A program made the translations under genes and the position numbers. A stretch of 64,000 nt of DNA from Candidatus Spyradocola sp. Lineage in GTDB: Bacteria > Bacillota > Clostridia > Christensenellales > UBA1750. Under the pieces are notes generated by a model. The model did no database searches. It had not been told where the DNA came from and worked only from the letters and a program-made list of their open reading frames with translations. Shown here piece by piece: positions 8,517 to 17,675 of this stretch (the stretch's first letter is position 1; each line of letters begins with the position of its first letter). The stretch covers positions 5,520 to 69,519 of the forward strand of contig JBMNOF010000004.1 in the NCBI GenBank assembly GCA_050942925.1, in the 5' to 3' direction.

Positions 8517-9563
8517 ATGAATCGAGAAGGACAGCGGACGTTTGTGCTCCTTAGGCAGCTGGGCAGCGGCCGGGAGTCGGGATACGCGCGGGCGGAGACC
8601 CGGGATGGAAGCGTGAAAATCAATCTGGTGGTGCAGGGCTTTGGCCGAAACGCCCAGCCCTATGCCTTTGCCTGGACGCAGGAGGGGCTCCTGCCCTTGG
8701 GCGAACTGAACATGGACGCGCGCGGGCAAGGAGGCATTGTCGCGTCGCTGAACCCCTCGGACTTCCGGGAGATGCAGATGCTCCTTGTGGCCCGGATGAA
8801 CGGCGAAGAGGTGCAGATCCCGCTGGCGGGGACCGTGGGGCGCGGCGGCTGGATCGACTGGGCACAGGTGCGGGAGGCAATCGCCGAAATCCTTCGCCCT
8901 GCGCCCGCGGCGGAACCGGAAGCGCAGGCAGCGCCTGTGGAGGGCGCCGGGGAAGCGGAGCCTGTCCAAGAAGCGCCGGAGACCCCCGCGGCGGAGGAAC
9001 CCGCGGAACCAGAGAGCGCACAGACTCCGGCGCAGGAGCAAGCGCCCGAAACAGCGCCCGAGGAAGCGCCTGTGCAGGCGGAATCCCCGGCGCAGACCAC
9101 GACGGCCGAGCCGGAATCCGGCGACGAGCCCAGCCCGGAAGCAGAGGTGGATCTCTACGATCTGCCGGCGCAGATGGACCCGCTTGCCGAGGCGGAGGGC
9201 GAATTGCAGACTCCTTTGGCGGAGGAAGAGCGGCGAGAGATCCCCGCCCTCTTGCAGAACGCCTATTGGCCGCAGGCGCTCTGGCCGTTGCACGACCTAT
9301 TTGAGCGGTTTGAAGAGGTGGACCCGTTCCCCGAAGAGGAGAACGTGGTGTACATCCGCGTTCCGCTCGGGAACGCCTATGAGGAGATGGATTCCTACCT
9401 GATTGGCGCCAAGGTGGAAGACGGCTGGGTCGTGGGGGTGGGATACCTCCTGCCCGGAGAGAAGCAGGAAACGCCGCCCGCGGGCATGGCCGGCTACGAG
9501 TGGAAGGACGGATACTGGCAATCCTGGCAATACGTCGACCCCAAGACGGAGCAAACGGAATAA
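8517..9563 (+). CDS. hypothetical protein with central Pro/Glu/Ala-rich acidic linker
   Basis: 348-aa ORF with GGAGG upstream and G/C-rich codon position 3. Globular N- and C-terminal parts flank about 110 residues of PEA-rich low complexity. I recognise no family. Confidence 0.6.
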   Translation: MNREGQRTFVLLRQLGSGRESGYARAETRDGSVKINLVVQGFGRNAQPYAFAWTQEGLLPLGELNMDARGQGGIVASLNPSDFREMQMLLVARMNGEEVQIPLAGTVGRGGWIDWAQVREAIAEILRPAPAAEPEAQAAPVEGAGEAEPVQEAPETPAAEEPAEPESAQTPAQEQAPETAPEEAPVQAESPAQTTTAEPESGDEPSPEAEVDLYDLPAQMDPLAEAEGELQTPLAEEERREIPALLQNAYWPQALWPLHDLFERFEEVDPFPEEENVVYIRVPLGNAYEEMDSYLIGAKVEDGWVVGVGYLLPGEKQETPPAGMAGYEWKDGYWQSWQYVDPKTEQTE

Positions 9564-9571
9564 AGACCCTT

Positions 9572-9638
9572 GGCAAAGGCCCCCGGCGCTGGACGCGCCG
9601 AGGGCCTTTGCTGCGCCAGAAACCAGGGGCGTTTTTTC
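9572..9638 (+). terminator. compound hairpin / terminator
   Basis: GGCAAAGGCCC (9572-9582) pairs with GGGCCTTTGC (9602-9611), with an inner CGGCGC/GCGCCG stem. A T6 run follows at 9632-9637. Confidence 0.5.
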
Positions 9639-9643
9639 TTGAA

Positions 9644-9672
9644 TTGACAGCAGGAAAAAAATGCGCTATACT
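9644..9672 (+). promoter_or_regulatory. sigma-A type promoter of the ABC operon
   Basis: TTGACA (9644-9649), 17 nt, TATACT (9667-9672). Confidence 0.65.
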
Positions 9673-9688
9673 ATTCCAGTTTGTTAAA

Positions 9689-9713
9689 GTTGTGAAAAAC
9701 GTGAATTCACAAC
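9689..9713 (+). promoter_or_regulatory. inverted repeat in ABC-operon leader (possible operator)
   Basis: GTTGTGAA-N9-TTCACAAC. It contains the perfect 10-bp palindrome GTGAATTCAC (9701-9710) and lies about +10 to +35 from the predicted start. Confidence 0.35.
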
Positions 9714-9807
9714 TTGTTCATAGCCTGTTCAAAGCGAATCGGTATACTGTTGAGGAAAGGTTAAGTCCGTGAACGGTTGCGCGGGCGAGGAGTAAGGAGG
9801 GCTAAGC

Positions 9808-10755
9808 ATGATCGAACTCAAGCACGTAACCAAGCGTTACGGTGCCAAGTGCGCGGTCGACGACATTTCGTTTACGATCAACAGGGGAGAAGTACTGGGC
9901 TTTCTCGGCCGAAACGGCGCGGGGAAGAGCACGACGATGAACATGATCACCGGCTACATCTCCGCAAGCGAAGGACAGATCACCCTGGATGGCATGGACG
10001 TGCTGGAACAGCCGCGCGAGGTCAAGCGCCGCATTGGCTACCTGCCCGAGCAGCCGCCGCTGTACATGGATATGACGGTGGAGGAGTATCTAAAGTTCGT
10101 CTGCGACATCAAAGAAGTCCGCAAGAAGAGCCAGAAGGCGCACTTGGACGATCTGTACAACCTGGTCAAGATCACGGACGTGCGCCACCGCCTGATCAAG
10201 AACCTGTCCAAGGGATACAAGCAGCGCGTGGGCCTTGCGCAGGCGCTGGTGGGCAATCCGGACGTGGTCATCATGGACGAGCCCACGGTCGGCTTGGACC
10301 CCAAGCAGATCATCGAGATCCGCAAGCTGATCTCGGGCCTGGGGCAGAACCACACGGTCGTGCTCTCCTCGCACATCCTGCACGAGGTTGCGGATGTGTG
10401 CGACCGGGTCGTGATCATCAACAAGGGCCGGATCGTCGCGCAGGACACGCTGGCGAACCTGACGCAGGGCATCGGCGAGGCCATCCGCCTGACGGTGCGC
10501 GTGGTCGGCCCGGAGAAGCCGGTGCAGCGCCTGCTGCACGACGTGCCGGGCGTGAAATACGTCGAGACCCTGGGCAGCAAGGAAGTCGGCAGCATGGACT
10601 ACATCGTCGAGAGCGACAGCAAGACGGATGTGCGCCGGCCCCTGGTCAACGCCATCCTTGCGGCAGGCTATTCGCTGCTGATGCTCAAGCCCATGGACGT
10701 CACGCTGGAGGACATCTTCCTGCAGCTGACGAGCGAAGATAAGGGAGGAATCTAA
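9808..10755 (+). CDS. ABC transporter ATP-binding protein (GldA-like)
   Basis: Walker A GRNGAGKST, signature LSKGYKQRVGLA, Walker B VIMDEPTVGLD. Confidence 0.9.
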   Translation: MIELKHVTKRYGAKCAVDDISFTINRGEVLGFLGRNGAGKSTTMNMITGYISASEGQITLDGMDVLEQPREVKRRIGYLPEQPPLYMDMTVEEYLKFVCDIKEVRKKSQKAHLDDLYNLVKITDVRHRLIKNLSKGYKQRVGLAQALVGNPDVVIMDEPTVGLDPKQIIEIRKLISGLGQNHTVVLSSHILHEVADVCDRVVIINKGRIVAQDTLANLTQGIGEAIRLTVRVVGPEKPVQRLLHDVPGVKYVETLGSKEVGSMDYIVESDSKTDVRRPLVNAILAAGYSLLMLKPMDVTLEDIFLQLTSEDKGGI

Positions 10756-10757
10756 CG

Positions 10758-11480
10758 ATGCTGGCGGTATTCAAGCGCGAGCTGCAATCCTATTTCTATT
10801 CCGCAATCGGCTATGTGTTTATGGGCTGCTTCCTGGTCATTGCGGGCATTTTCTTCGCCTTTGGCAACGTGCTGAGCGCCAGCTCCTCCGTCGGCACGCT
10901 CTTTTCCAACATTTCGTTTATCTTTATCCTGATTGTGCCGATCCTGACCATGCGCCTGATGAGCGATGAAAGGCGCACAAAGTCGGATCAGCTGCTCCTG
11001 ACTTCGCCGCTTTCGCTGTGGTCGATCGTCGGAGGAAAGTTCCTTGCGGCCTGCGCGGTGTTCTTTCTGACGCTGGTGTGCACGGGGCTGTATGTCATCA
11101 TCCTCTCGGTGTACGGCAATGTTTCGGCCATTGAGGTGTTTGTCAACTATTTGGGATTCTTCCTCATGGGCTGCTGCCTAATCGCGGTGGGCTTGTTCAT
11201 GTCCAACCTTTCGGAAAACCAGGTGGCCTCGGCCATCAGCACGTTTGTGGTGATCCTGTTCCTGTACCTGTTGGATTCCATCATCGCGTCCATGTCCAGC
11301 GTGACGATGCTCTCCTGGCTGTGCACGGCGCTGGAGTGGGTGTCCCTCTTTGCGCGGTTCACGGATTTCTCTTCGGGAATTTTGAGCTTGACGGGCGTGA
11401 TCTACATGATCAGCTTTGCGGGGGTCTTCCTGCTGCTGACGGTGTACACGACGGAAAAGAGAAGATGGAGTGAGGGTTAA
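10758..11480 (+). CDS. ABC-2 type permease (GldF-like)
   Basis: 240 aa, six hydrophobic segments, immediately downstream of the ATPase. Confidence 0.8.
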   Translation: MLAVFKRELQSYFYSAIGYVFMGCFLVIAGIFFAFGNVLSASSSVGTLFSNISFIFILIVPILTMRLMSDERRTKSDQLLLTSPLSLWSIVGGKFLAACAVFFLTLVCTGLYVIILSVYGNVSAIEVFVNYLGFFLMGCCLIAVGLFMSNLSENQVASAISTFVVILFLYLLDSIIASMSSVTMLSWLCTALEWVSLFARFTDFSSGILSLTGVIYMISFAGVFLLLTVYTTEKRRWSEG

Positions 11481-11484
11481 GACC

Positions 11485-12960
11485 ATGAGCAACGAGCAGA
11501 AAAACGAGCAGAAGAAGCAAAAGAAGACCTCTTTGTTCAGCTCCAGAAGACTGCGTCACGGCGGTTTTGCCACGCTCCTTGTCGTGGCGGTGATTGTCAT
11601 CACGATTTTGCTGAACATCGTCGTCTCTACCTTGGACAACGTATGGGGCCTGTCCTACGACCTTTCGAGCAATCGGCTCTATACCATCTCGGACCAGACA
11701 AAGCGCGTGGTGTCGGCCATTGACGAGCCGGTGCACATCTACGCCCTGATGCAGACGGGTTCGGAGTCCCAGACGGTGGAAAACCTCCTGGAGAACTATC
11801 GCCGGATTGCGCCGGACTACATCACCGTCACGGTTGTGGACCCCATCCAGAACCCCACCTTTGCCCAGCAGTTCACCAGCGAGAGCCTGTCGGTCAACTC
11901 CGTCATCGTCACCAACGACGACGGCTCGCGCTACCGCGTCATCGACCAGTATGACATGTATGAGTTTGGCTATACCAGTTCGTATCAGCTCACGCTGCGT
12001 TCCTTCATCGGCGAGCAGAAGCTGACCAACGCCATCTCCTTTGTCACGGCCGACGAGGTCAACAACGCGTACTTCCTCACCGGACATCAGGAAGCCTCTT
12101 CGAGCGACCTGAGCTACCTGGTGGATTACATTGAGGGCGAAAACCTCGTCGTGAGCGATATCTCCTTCAACGACATGGACAAGCTCAAGCAGGGCGACAT
12201 CCTCATCATCGCCGCCCCGCAGACGGACCTGAGCGAGGATGAGCGCGTCGCAATCCGCGAATTCCTGGAGAACGACGGCTATATGCTCTACCTTACGGAC
12301 GCCACTTGTCCGGAACTGCCCGGCTTTGAGTCGCTGCTCGACCTCTACGGCATCTCCGTGGACCACACCCTTGTCGTCGAGGGCGACGAGAGCGCCTACT
12401 ACCGCAGCCCGGCCTACATCGTGCCCACGGTGGAGGACCACGCGGTCACCGCGGGCCTGACCGAGAACGAGCAGGTTGCGGTTCTGCCCTATGCGACCTC
12501 TCTGTCGCTGCCGGCGATTGCCCACAACGACATTGAAGCCGAGGCGATCCTGACCACTTCGGCCAGCTCCTATGCAAAGGTCGACCTGAACTCCACGGTC
12601 GTGGAGAAGGAGGAGGGAGACCTGAGCGGCCCGCTCAACGTCGGCATCGCGCTGCGCGAGATCGACATGGACGGCAACGACGCGGGCGCCAAGATCGTGG
12701 TCTTCGGCAGCGCCGGGTTTGTGACCTCCTCGTCCTTCTACAGCCTCTCGGGCAACACGGACCTTCTGCTGGGCGCCATCCGCTGGATGAACGGTGAAAC
12801 GGATACCGTGACCATCATTGGCAAGAACTTGATGACCAACAGCCTGCGCTTTACGAGCACGGCGGAAATGTACGCCATGGCGGGCGTCGGCGTGTTCCTC
12901 ATGCCCATCGTGGTGCTGGCGGCGGGCGTTGTGGTCTGGCTGAAAAGGAGGCACCTGTAA
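11485..12960 (+). CDS. GldG-like ABC auxiliary protein
   Basis: ATG 11485 lies inside listed ORF 11470-12960. N- and C-terminal TM anchors flank a large extracytoplasmic domain. The order ATPase-permease-GldG is typical. Confidence 0.75.
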   Translation: MSNEQKNEQKKQKKTSLFSSRRLRHGGFATLLVVAVIVITILLNIVVSTLDNVWGLSYDLSSNRLYTISDQTKRVVSAIDEPVHIYALMQTGSESQTVENLLENYRRIAPDYITVTVVDPIQNPTFAQQFTSESLSVNSVIVTNDDGSRYRVIDQYDMYEFGYTSSYQLTLRSFIGEQKLTNAISFVTADEVNNAYFLTGHQEASSSDLSYLVDYIEGENLVVSDISFNDMDKLKQGDILIIAAPQTDLSEDERVAIREFLENDGYMLYLTDATCPELPGFESLLDLYGISVDHTLVVEGDESAYYRSPAYIVPTVEDHAVTAGLTENEQVAVLPYATSLSLPAIAHNDIEAEAILTTSASSYAKVDLNSTVVEKEEGDLSGPLNVGIALREIDMDGNDAGAKIVVFGSAGFVTSSSFYSLSGNTDLLLGAIRWMNGETDTVTIIGKNLMTNSLRFTSTAEMYAMAGVGVFLMPIVVLAAGVVVWLKRRHL

Positions 12961-14523
12961 ATGGCGGAGGAACCCCGCAAGAGCGATGTCGAGCAGGAGG
13001 AGCCCGCAGAGAAGATCGACCTGGGCGCCTCCCTGCGCAAGGAACATAAGACAAAAAAGCCCGTCAACCGCGTGGCGGCGCTGGCCGTGGTCGGCGTCGT
13101 CATCGTGGTGGCGGCCCTGCTGGCGATTTTCCTTCCCGGGCTTTTGAACAAGGAAGAGGAGGCACCGGAGGAGACGCAGACCGTGGCCCTGTCCGATCAT
13201 GAGACGGGCGACGTGGTGTCCATCCACGTCGACGGTGAAAACACCTTCACCATCACCAAGGAGGAGACCACTGCCGAGGACGGCACTGCGGAGGAGATCT
13301 TCCACGTCGACATCATGGACGACGACAAGCTCAACCAGAGCACGTGCTCTGCCGCCTTTGTCAACGCCGCGGCCATGGAGGCCGACCAGCTCGTGGAAGC
13401 CGATGCCCAGGATCTCTCCACGTATGGATTGGACGACCCCTCCTGCACGCTGACCGTCGAGTACAGCGACGGAACGTCCCTCGTGCTGGAATTGGGCGAT
13501 CTGCAGACCTTGACGGGTCAGATCTATGCGTGCGTGCAGGGCGACAATGACGTTTACATCCTGCGGCCCTACTTTGCGAACATCTTTGGCGGGTCCCTGC
13601 TGCGCTACCGCAGCCTTGAGCTTCCGGAGATCAATTCGGACATCAGCTATACCGCTTCCATCGTCATCGAGCAGGAAGGGCAGGACCGCATCACGTTTAA
13701 GCCCGCGGAAAATCCCACTACCTTTGCAACCGGGACCTGGCAGATGACCGAGCCCCGCACGCTCTGGCTGGATAGCGGTGCGATCAGCGAGCTGGTGACG
13801 AGCGTAAGCGACTGCGGCCTGTACGAGTACCTCGGCACGGTGGACAACCTGGCCGACTACGGACTGGATACCCCGTGGTTCTCCATCACGGTCACGGATG
13901 TGGATGGCGCCAGCCGCACGCTGCACCTGGGCGATTTGGTGGAGGGCGACGACACGCATTACTACTGCACCATCGACGATACCAACGACGTATTCAGTAT
14001 CAGCACCTCGTATCTCGGGTTTGCGGAGGACTTCCAGGTGACGTATTACCTGGATATGTTCACCAACATCATCAGCATCACGGAGATCGACCGGGTGGAC
14101 ATCACCGACGGGACGACCTCCTACACGATGACCATCGAGCGCGAGGAGCAGTATGACGAGAACGGGGAACTCAAAACCCTGGCTAACGGCTCGACCGATT
14201 ATCTGGAAACCTTCTTCCTCAACGGCGTCGAGGTGCAGGAGGACGCCTTTAAGACGGCATACCAGACCATCATCGGCGTTACGATCTCCGGCCTTGTGAA
14301 CGAGGACCTCGTCGACGAAAGCCAGGCGCCCGTGCTCTCGGTGACCTATACCTTCAACAATGGCACCGAGCCCATCACGGTGGAGTATCTGCCCTACGAC
14401 ATCAACAACTACTGCGTCCGCCGCGAGGGCAGCGTGGACTTGATCTGCAAGAAGGACCCGGTAGATGCCATTCTGCCCACGCTTGCAGACCTTGCCGCGG
14501 GCAGGCTGGACGAAGAGGAGTAA
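12961..14523 (+). CDS. DUF4340 domain-containing protein
   Basis: 520 aa, a single N-terminal TM segment, acidic repetitive beta-rich body. It is the usual fourth gene of GldA/F/G-like operons. Confidence 0.7.
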   Translation: MAEEPRKSDVEQEEPAEKIDLGASLRKEHKTKKPVNRVAALAVVGVVIVVAALLAIFLPGLLNKEEEAPEETQTVALSDHETGDVVSIHVDGENTFTITKEETTAEDGTAEEIFHVDIMDDDKLNQSTCSAAFVNAAAMEADQLVEADAQDLSTYGLDDPSCTLTVEYSDGTSLVLELGDLQTLTGQIYACVQGDNDVYILRPYFANIFGGSLLRYRSLELPEINSDISYTASIVIEQEGQDRITFKPAENPTTFATGTWQMTEPRTLWLDSGAISELVTSVSDCGLYEYLGTVDNLADYGLDTPWFSITVTDVDGASRTLHLGDLVEGDDTHYYCTIDDTNDVFSISTSYLGFAEDFQVTYYLDMFTNIISITEIDRVDITDGTTSYTMTIEREEQYDENGELKTLANGSTDYLETFFLNGVEVQEDAFKTAYQTIIGVTISGLVNEDLVDESQAPVLSVTYTFNNGTEPITVEYLPYDINNYCVRREGSVDLICKKDPVDAILPTLADLAAGRLDEEE

Positions 14524-14547
14524 TCCCTGCACCGGGAAACGAACGAG

Positions 14548-14588
14548 GAGGGTGCGCAGGCAAGCGGCCTGCGCACCCTCCTTTTTTT
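14548..14588. terminator. rho-independent terminator between convergent genes
   Basis: GAGGGTGCGCAGGC / GCCTGCGCACCCTC 14-bp stem (14548-14580), followed by T7 on the + strand. Confidence 0.85.
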
Positions 14589-14612
14589 GTGCGGGAGAAG
14601 AACCCAAGCGGG

Positions 14613-14846
14613 TTACGGGTTGCCGATCCGCTGGCGCGCCTCCAAGTGGCGCCGCACGATCGCCTCATAGAGCACGGGACGGCGGTCCGCAGGGGGCGCG
14701 GGTTCCGCCGGCGCGCTGGGCGTGTCCTGAATGGTGGTGGTCGGGTTCCGCAGCGTGCGCAGGGAAACCCAACGGTCGCCTTCCCGCGTGCGCGCGGCCT
14801 TTGCGGCGGCGCTGTTTGCATCGGCGTATGTAATCGGTCGTTCCAT
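14613..14846 (-). CDS. small hypothetical protein (77 aa)
   Basis: AAGGAG lies 8 nt upstream of the ATG. About 80 percent G/C at codon position 3 by hand count. It overlaps no other credible gene. Confidence 0.45.
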   Translation of the reverse strand: MERPITYADANSAAAKAARTREGDRWVSLRTLRNPTTTIQDTPSAPAEPAPPADRRPVLYEAIVRRHLEARQRIGNP

Positions 14847-14904
14847 GGCGGTTGCTCCTTTCTTGCGGGCTCAGGCCCTGATTCATCCTATGCGCAGACC
14901 GGGC

Positions 14905-14933
14905 TTGTTGACACGGCGGCGCTTTGCTATAAT
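14905..14933 (+). promoter_or_regulatory. glpK promoter (extended -10)
   Basis: TGcTATAAT (14925-14933) with a weak -35 TTGTTG at 17 nt. A consensus TTGACA at 14908-14913 is only 14 nt away. Confidence 0.45.
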
Positions 14934-14987
14934 GAACCCAAGAAAGACCCTACGCACAGAAAGACAAACACGGGGAGGCAGAACAAG

Positions 14988-16481
14988 ATGATGAAAAAGT
15001 ACATTGTGGCCCTGGACCAGGGAACGACCAGCTCCCGAGCGGTGGTCGTGGATGCAACCGGCGCGGTCGTGGCCTCGCATGGGATTGAGTTTCCGCAGAT
15101 CTACCCCAAGCCCGGCTGGGTGGAACACGATCCCCAGCAAATCCTCTCATCGCAGGTGGAAGCGCTTCGCCAGGCCGTGAAGAAGGCGGGCATTGCCCCA
15201 GAGGAAATTGCCGCCATCGGCATCACCAACCAGCGCGAAACCACGATCCTCTGGGACAAGAGCACGGGGAAGCCCGTGTGCAACGCCATCGTGTGGCAGT
15301 GCCGGCGCACGGCGGAGGAGATCGAGAGGCTCAAGGCCGAGGGGCTGGAGCCCATGATCCGCGAAAAGACCGGCCTTGTGCCGGACGCTTACTTCTGCGC
15401 GACCAAGATCCAATGGATTCTGCGCAATGTTCCGGGGGCACGCATTGCAGCGCAAGCCGGAGAGCTCCTCTTTGGCACGGTGGATTCCTGGCTGATCTGG
15501 AACCTCACGCGCGAGCACATCCATGTCACGGATGTATCCAACGCCTCGCGCACCATGCTCTTTAATATCCACACCCTGCAATGGGACGACGAACTGCTCG
15601 AGTGCATGGAGATTCCGCGCGTTCTCCTGCCGGAGGTCGTGGACTCCAGCGGCATTGTCGGAATGCTGAACCCGGAAATCCTCGGGGTCGAGATCCCCAT
15701 CGCGGGCATTGCCGGAGACCAGCAGGCCGCTCTGTTTGGACAAGCCTGCTTCGATCGGGGAATGGTGAAGACGACCTATGGAACGGGCGGGTTCTTGCTC
15801 ATGCAGACCGGGGAAGAGGCGGTCGCTTCTCCCAACGGCCTGTTGACGACCGTGGCTTGGCGCATGGGCGGGAAGACCGAGTACGCCCTGGAAGGGTCGG
15901 TGTTCGTCGCGGGCGCCGTCGTGCAATGGCTCCGCGATGAGCTCAAGCTCATCGATTCGGCCCAGGAGTCGGAGGCGGTCGCGCTCTCCGTGCCGGATAC
16001 TGCCGGCGTCTACCTCGTTCCGGCGTTTACGGGCCTTGGCGCGCCGTACTGGGACATGTACGGCCGCGGCGCCATCGTGGGGCTTACGCGCGGAGCAGGT
16101 CGCGCCCACATCGTCCGCGCGGCGCTGGAGGCCATCGCGTTCCAGACCGCCGACGTCATGGAAGCCATGGCGCGCGACAGCGCCACGCCCCTGTCCCAGA
16201 TGCGCGCGGATGGCGGGGCCAGCGCAAACGGCTTCCTGATGCAGTTCCAGGCGGACATCCTCGGAATCCCCGTGGTCCGGCCGGCGGTGACGGAGACCAC
16301 GGCCCTGGGCGCGGCGCTCCTTGCGGGTCTGGCCGTGGGGTTCTGGGAGAGCCGGGATCAGGTCCGCGCCATCTGGCGCGCAGAAAAGGTTTTCCAGCCG
16401 GGTTTTGTCGAAGACGAGCGCGCAGAGCGCCTGAAGCAGTGGCACCGCGCGGTGCTGCGCGCAAAGCACTGGGCGGAATGA
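14988..16481 (+). CDS. glpK: glycerol kinase
   Basis: [22 protein letters not shown]..., 497 aa. GGGGAGG lies upstream. The listed ORF 14589-16481 is an N-terminal over-extension. Confidence 0.95.
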   Translation: MMKKYIVALDQGTTSSRAVVVDATGAVVASHGIEFPQIYPKPGWVEHDPQQILSSQVEALRQAVKKAGIAPEEIAAIGITNQRETTILWDKSTGKPVCNAIVWQCRRTAEEIERLKAEGLEPMIREKTGLVPDAYFCATKIQWILRNVPGARIAAQAGELLFGTVDSWLIWNLTREHIHVTDVSNASRTMLFNIHTLQWDDELLECMEIPRVLLPEVVDSSGIVGMLNPEILGVEIPIAGIAGDQQAALFGQACFDRGMVKTTYGTGGFLLMQTGEEAVASPNGLLTTVAWRMGGKTEYALEGSVFVAGAVVQWLRDELKLIDSAQESEAVALSVPDTAGVYLVPAFTGLGAPYWDMYGRGAIVGLTRGAGRAHIVRAALEAIAFQTADVMEAMARDSATPLSQMRADGGASANGFLMQFQADILGIPVVRPAVTETTALGAALLAGLAVGFWESRDQVRAIWRAEKVFQPGFVEDERAERLKQWHRAVLRAKHWAE

Positions 16482-16488
16482 TGTCGAA
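16482..16488 (+). promoter_or_regulatory. Spo0A box (TGTCGAA)
   Basis: Exact 7-mer TGTCGAA immediately after the glpK stop. Confidence 0.45.
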
Positions 16489-16530
16489 GAAGCGGTGAAG
16501 CTGGCGAATGAAAGAGGGAAAGCGGGGGAA

Positions 16531-16537
16531 TTCGACA
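16531..16537 (-). promoter_or_regulatory. Spo0A box (TGTCGAA on minus strand)
   Basis: Exact TTCGACA on the + strand, inverted relative to the box at 16482. Confidence 0.45.
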
Positions 16538-16686
16538 AAAACAGAGAAATTCTGACAGAATTATTTCTTGAAACATTTCCTCGGAAAACGGAAAAATGAT
16601 GAGGTGCGGTGGAAACCGGAAAGACGGATTTTCAGGTTATCAGCGATTGTTTGCGCGCTAAAACCGCAAAAAAGCGCATAAACTAG

Positions 16687-16715
16687 TTGACGAGCGGAAG
16701 AATTTGGTCTAAAAT
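16687..16715 (+). promoter_or_regulatory. sigma-A type promoter upstream of spo0A
   Basis: TTGACG (16687-16692), 17 nt, TAAAAT (16710-16715). Confidence 0.55.
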
Positions 16716-16832
16716 ACTCTCATCTGAACTGGGAGCGACTTTCAAATAGGACCACGAGAAAAGTGTACTGAAAGAATCTTTTACTCGAGTAGGAAAGCGA
16801 CCCAGGAAATATTGACGAGGAGGCGTCTTCTG

Positions 16833-17606
16833 GTGGAAAAGATCAAGGTTCTTATTGCGGATGACAGCACGGTCGTGCTGGAAGTGCTCAGCTCCTATCT
16901 TCAGGACAAGGAGGACATCGAGGTCGTGGGCACGGCGGAGGATGGACTGCAGGTCATGGATATCCTGCGGAGCAAGCCGGTGGATGTCCTGCTGCTGGAC
17001 ATGGTGATGCCCCGCCTGGACGGCTTTGGGGTCCTAGCACAGATCCAAAAAGAGAATCTGCCGCACCGCCCGCATGTCATCGCCGTGACGGCGCTGATGC
17101 GAGACGACTTCATCCAGCGCGCGATCAACCTGGGAAGCGACTACTACATGCTCAAGCCCTTCGAGCTCGGGGCGATCTACCAGCGCATTGTGGAGCGCAA
17201 CCAGCCGGTCGAGGTCCAGGCCGACGCGCCGGTGCGCGCACCCCAGCAGGCAAACTGTTCCCTGGACGAGCGCATCGCCAACATCTTCCTCTCCATGGGG
17301 ATTCCGGCGCACATCAAGGGCTATCACTTCCTGCGCGAGGCCATCAAGCTCGTGGTCAACGACCGAGAGATGATCAACGCCATCACCAAGGACCTCTATC
17401 CGACGGTCGCGTTGAACTTTAACACCACCTCCTCCAAGGTAGAGCGCGCGATTCGCCATGCCATTGACGTCGCCTGGACGCGCGGCCAGATGGAGAACAT
17501 CAACATGCTCTTTGGCTCCAAGCTCTACGTCAAGCACGAAAAGCCGACCAATGGCGAGTTCATCGCATTGATCGCCGACAGACTCTCCATCGAAAAGAGC
17601 GCATAA
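16833..17606 (+). CDS. spo0A: sporulation transcription factor Spo0A
   Basis: Receiver domain (KVLIADDS...LLLDMVMPRLDG) plus the Spo0A-specific C-terminal domain (GIPAHIKGYHFLREAIKLV...SKVERAIRHAI). GTG 16833 sits 9 nt after GAGGAGG. The listed TTG 16812 is a less likely start. Confidence 0.95.
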   Translation: MEKIKVLIADDSTVVLEVLSSYLQDKEDIEVVGTAEDGLQVMDILRSKPVDVLLLDMVMPRLDGFGVLAQIQKENLPHRPHVIAVTALMRDDFIQRAINLGSDYYMLKPFELGAIYQRIVERNQPVEVQADAPVRAPQQANCSLDERIANIFLSMGIPAHIKGYHFLREAIKLVVNDREMINAITKDLYPTVALNFNTTSSKVERAIRHAIDVAWTRGQMENINMLFGSKLYVKHEKPTNGEFIALIADRLSIEKSA

Positions 17607-17629
17607 GGAGAAGGGAAACGCCATATAGA
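17603..17629 (+). promoter_or_regulatory. candidate mother-cell (sigma-E-like) promoter
   Basis: ATA (17603-17605), 16 nt, CATATAGA (17622-17629), directly upstream of the SPOCS/LysM gene. Confidence 0.3.
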
Positions 17630-17675
17630 TCCATTGAGTACGGGTAAGGGCTCAACATGGGTAAGGAGGATCGAT

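Noticed and set aside
8880-9250. Pro/Glu/Ala-rich stretch considered as a tandem DNA repeat or CRISPR-like array
   Set aside because: I could find no exact repeated DNA unit or regular spacing. It is compositional low complexity inside a coding frame.
9691-9712. TGTGA...TCACA considered as a CRP/FNR-type site
   Set aside because: The half-sites are 11 nt apart, whereas the canonical spacing is 6 nt. It is kept only as a generic palindrome.
9777-10742. 321-aa alternative-frame ORF over the ABC ATPase gene. The 409-aa ORF at 25614-26843 is a similar case.
   Set aside because: These are Arg/Gly/Pro/Ala-rich frame-shifted shadows of genes whose own frames carry Walker or dinucleotide-binding motifs.
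11410-14607. 1065-aa minus-strand ORF
   Set aside because: It is antisense to the GldG-like and DUF4340 genes. It has no RBS and no motifs. The sense genes have coherent TM and domain architecture.
14589-14987. 133-codon N-terminal extension of glpK in the listed ORF
   Set aside because: The extension crosses the promoter region and the opposite-strand small gene. The canonical GlpK N-terminus, with an RBS, starts at 14988.
16508-16660. Two tiny ORFs (15 and 21 codons) in the spo0A upstream region
   Set aside because: Neither has a Shine-Dalgarno sequence, and both have AT-rich non-coding composition.
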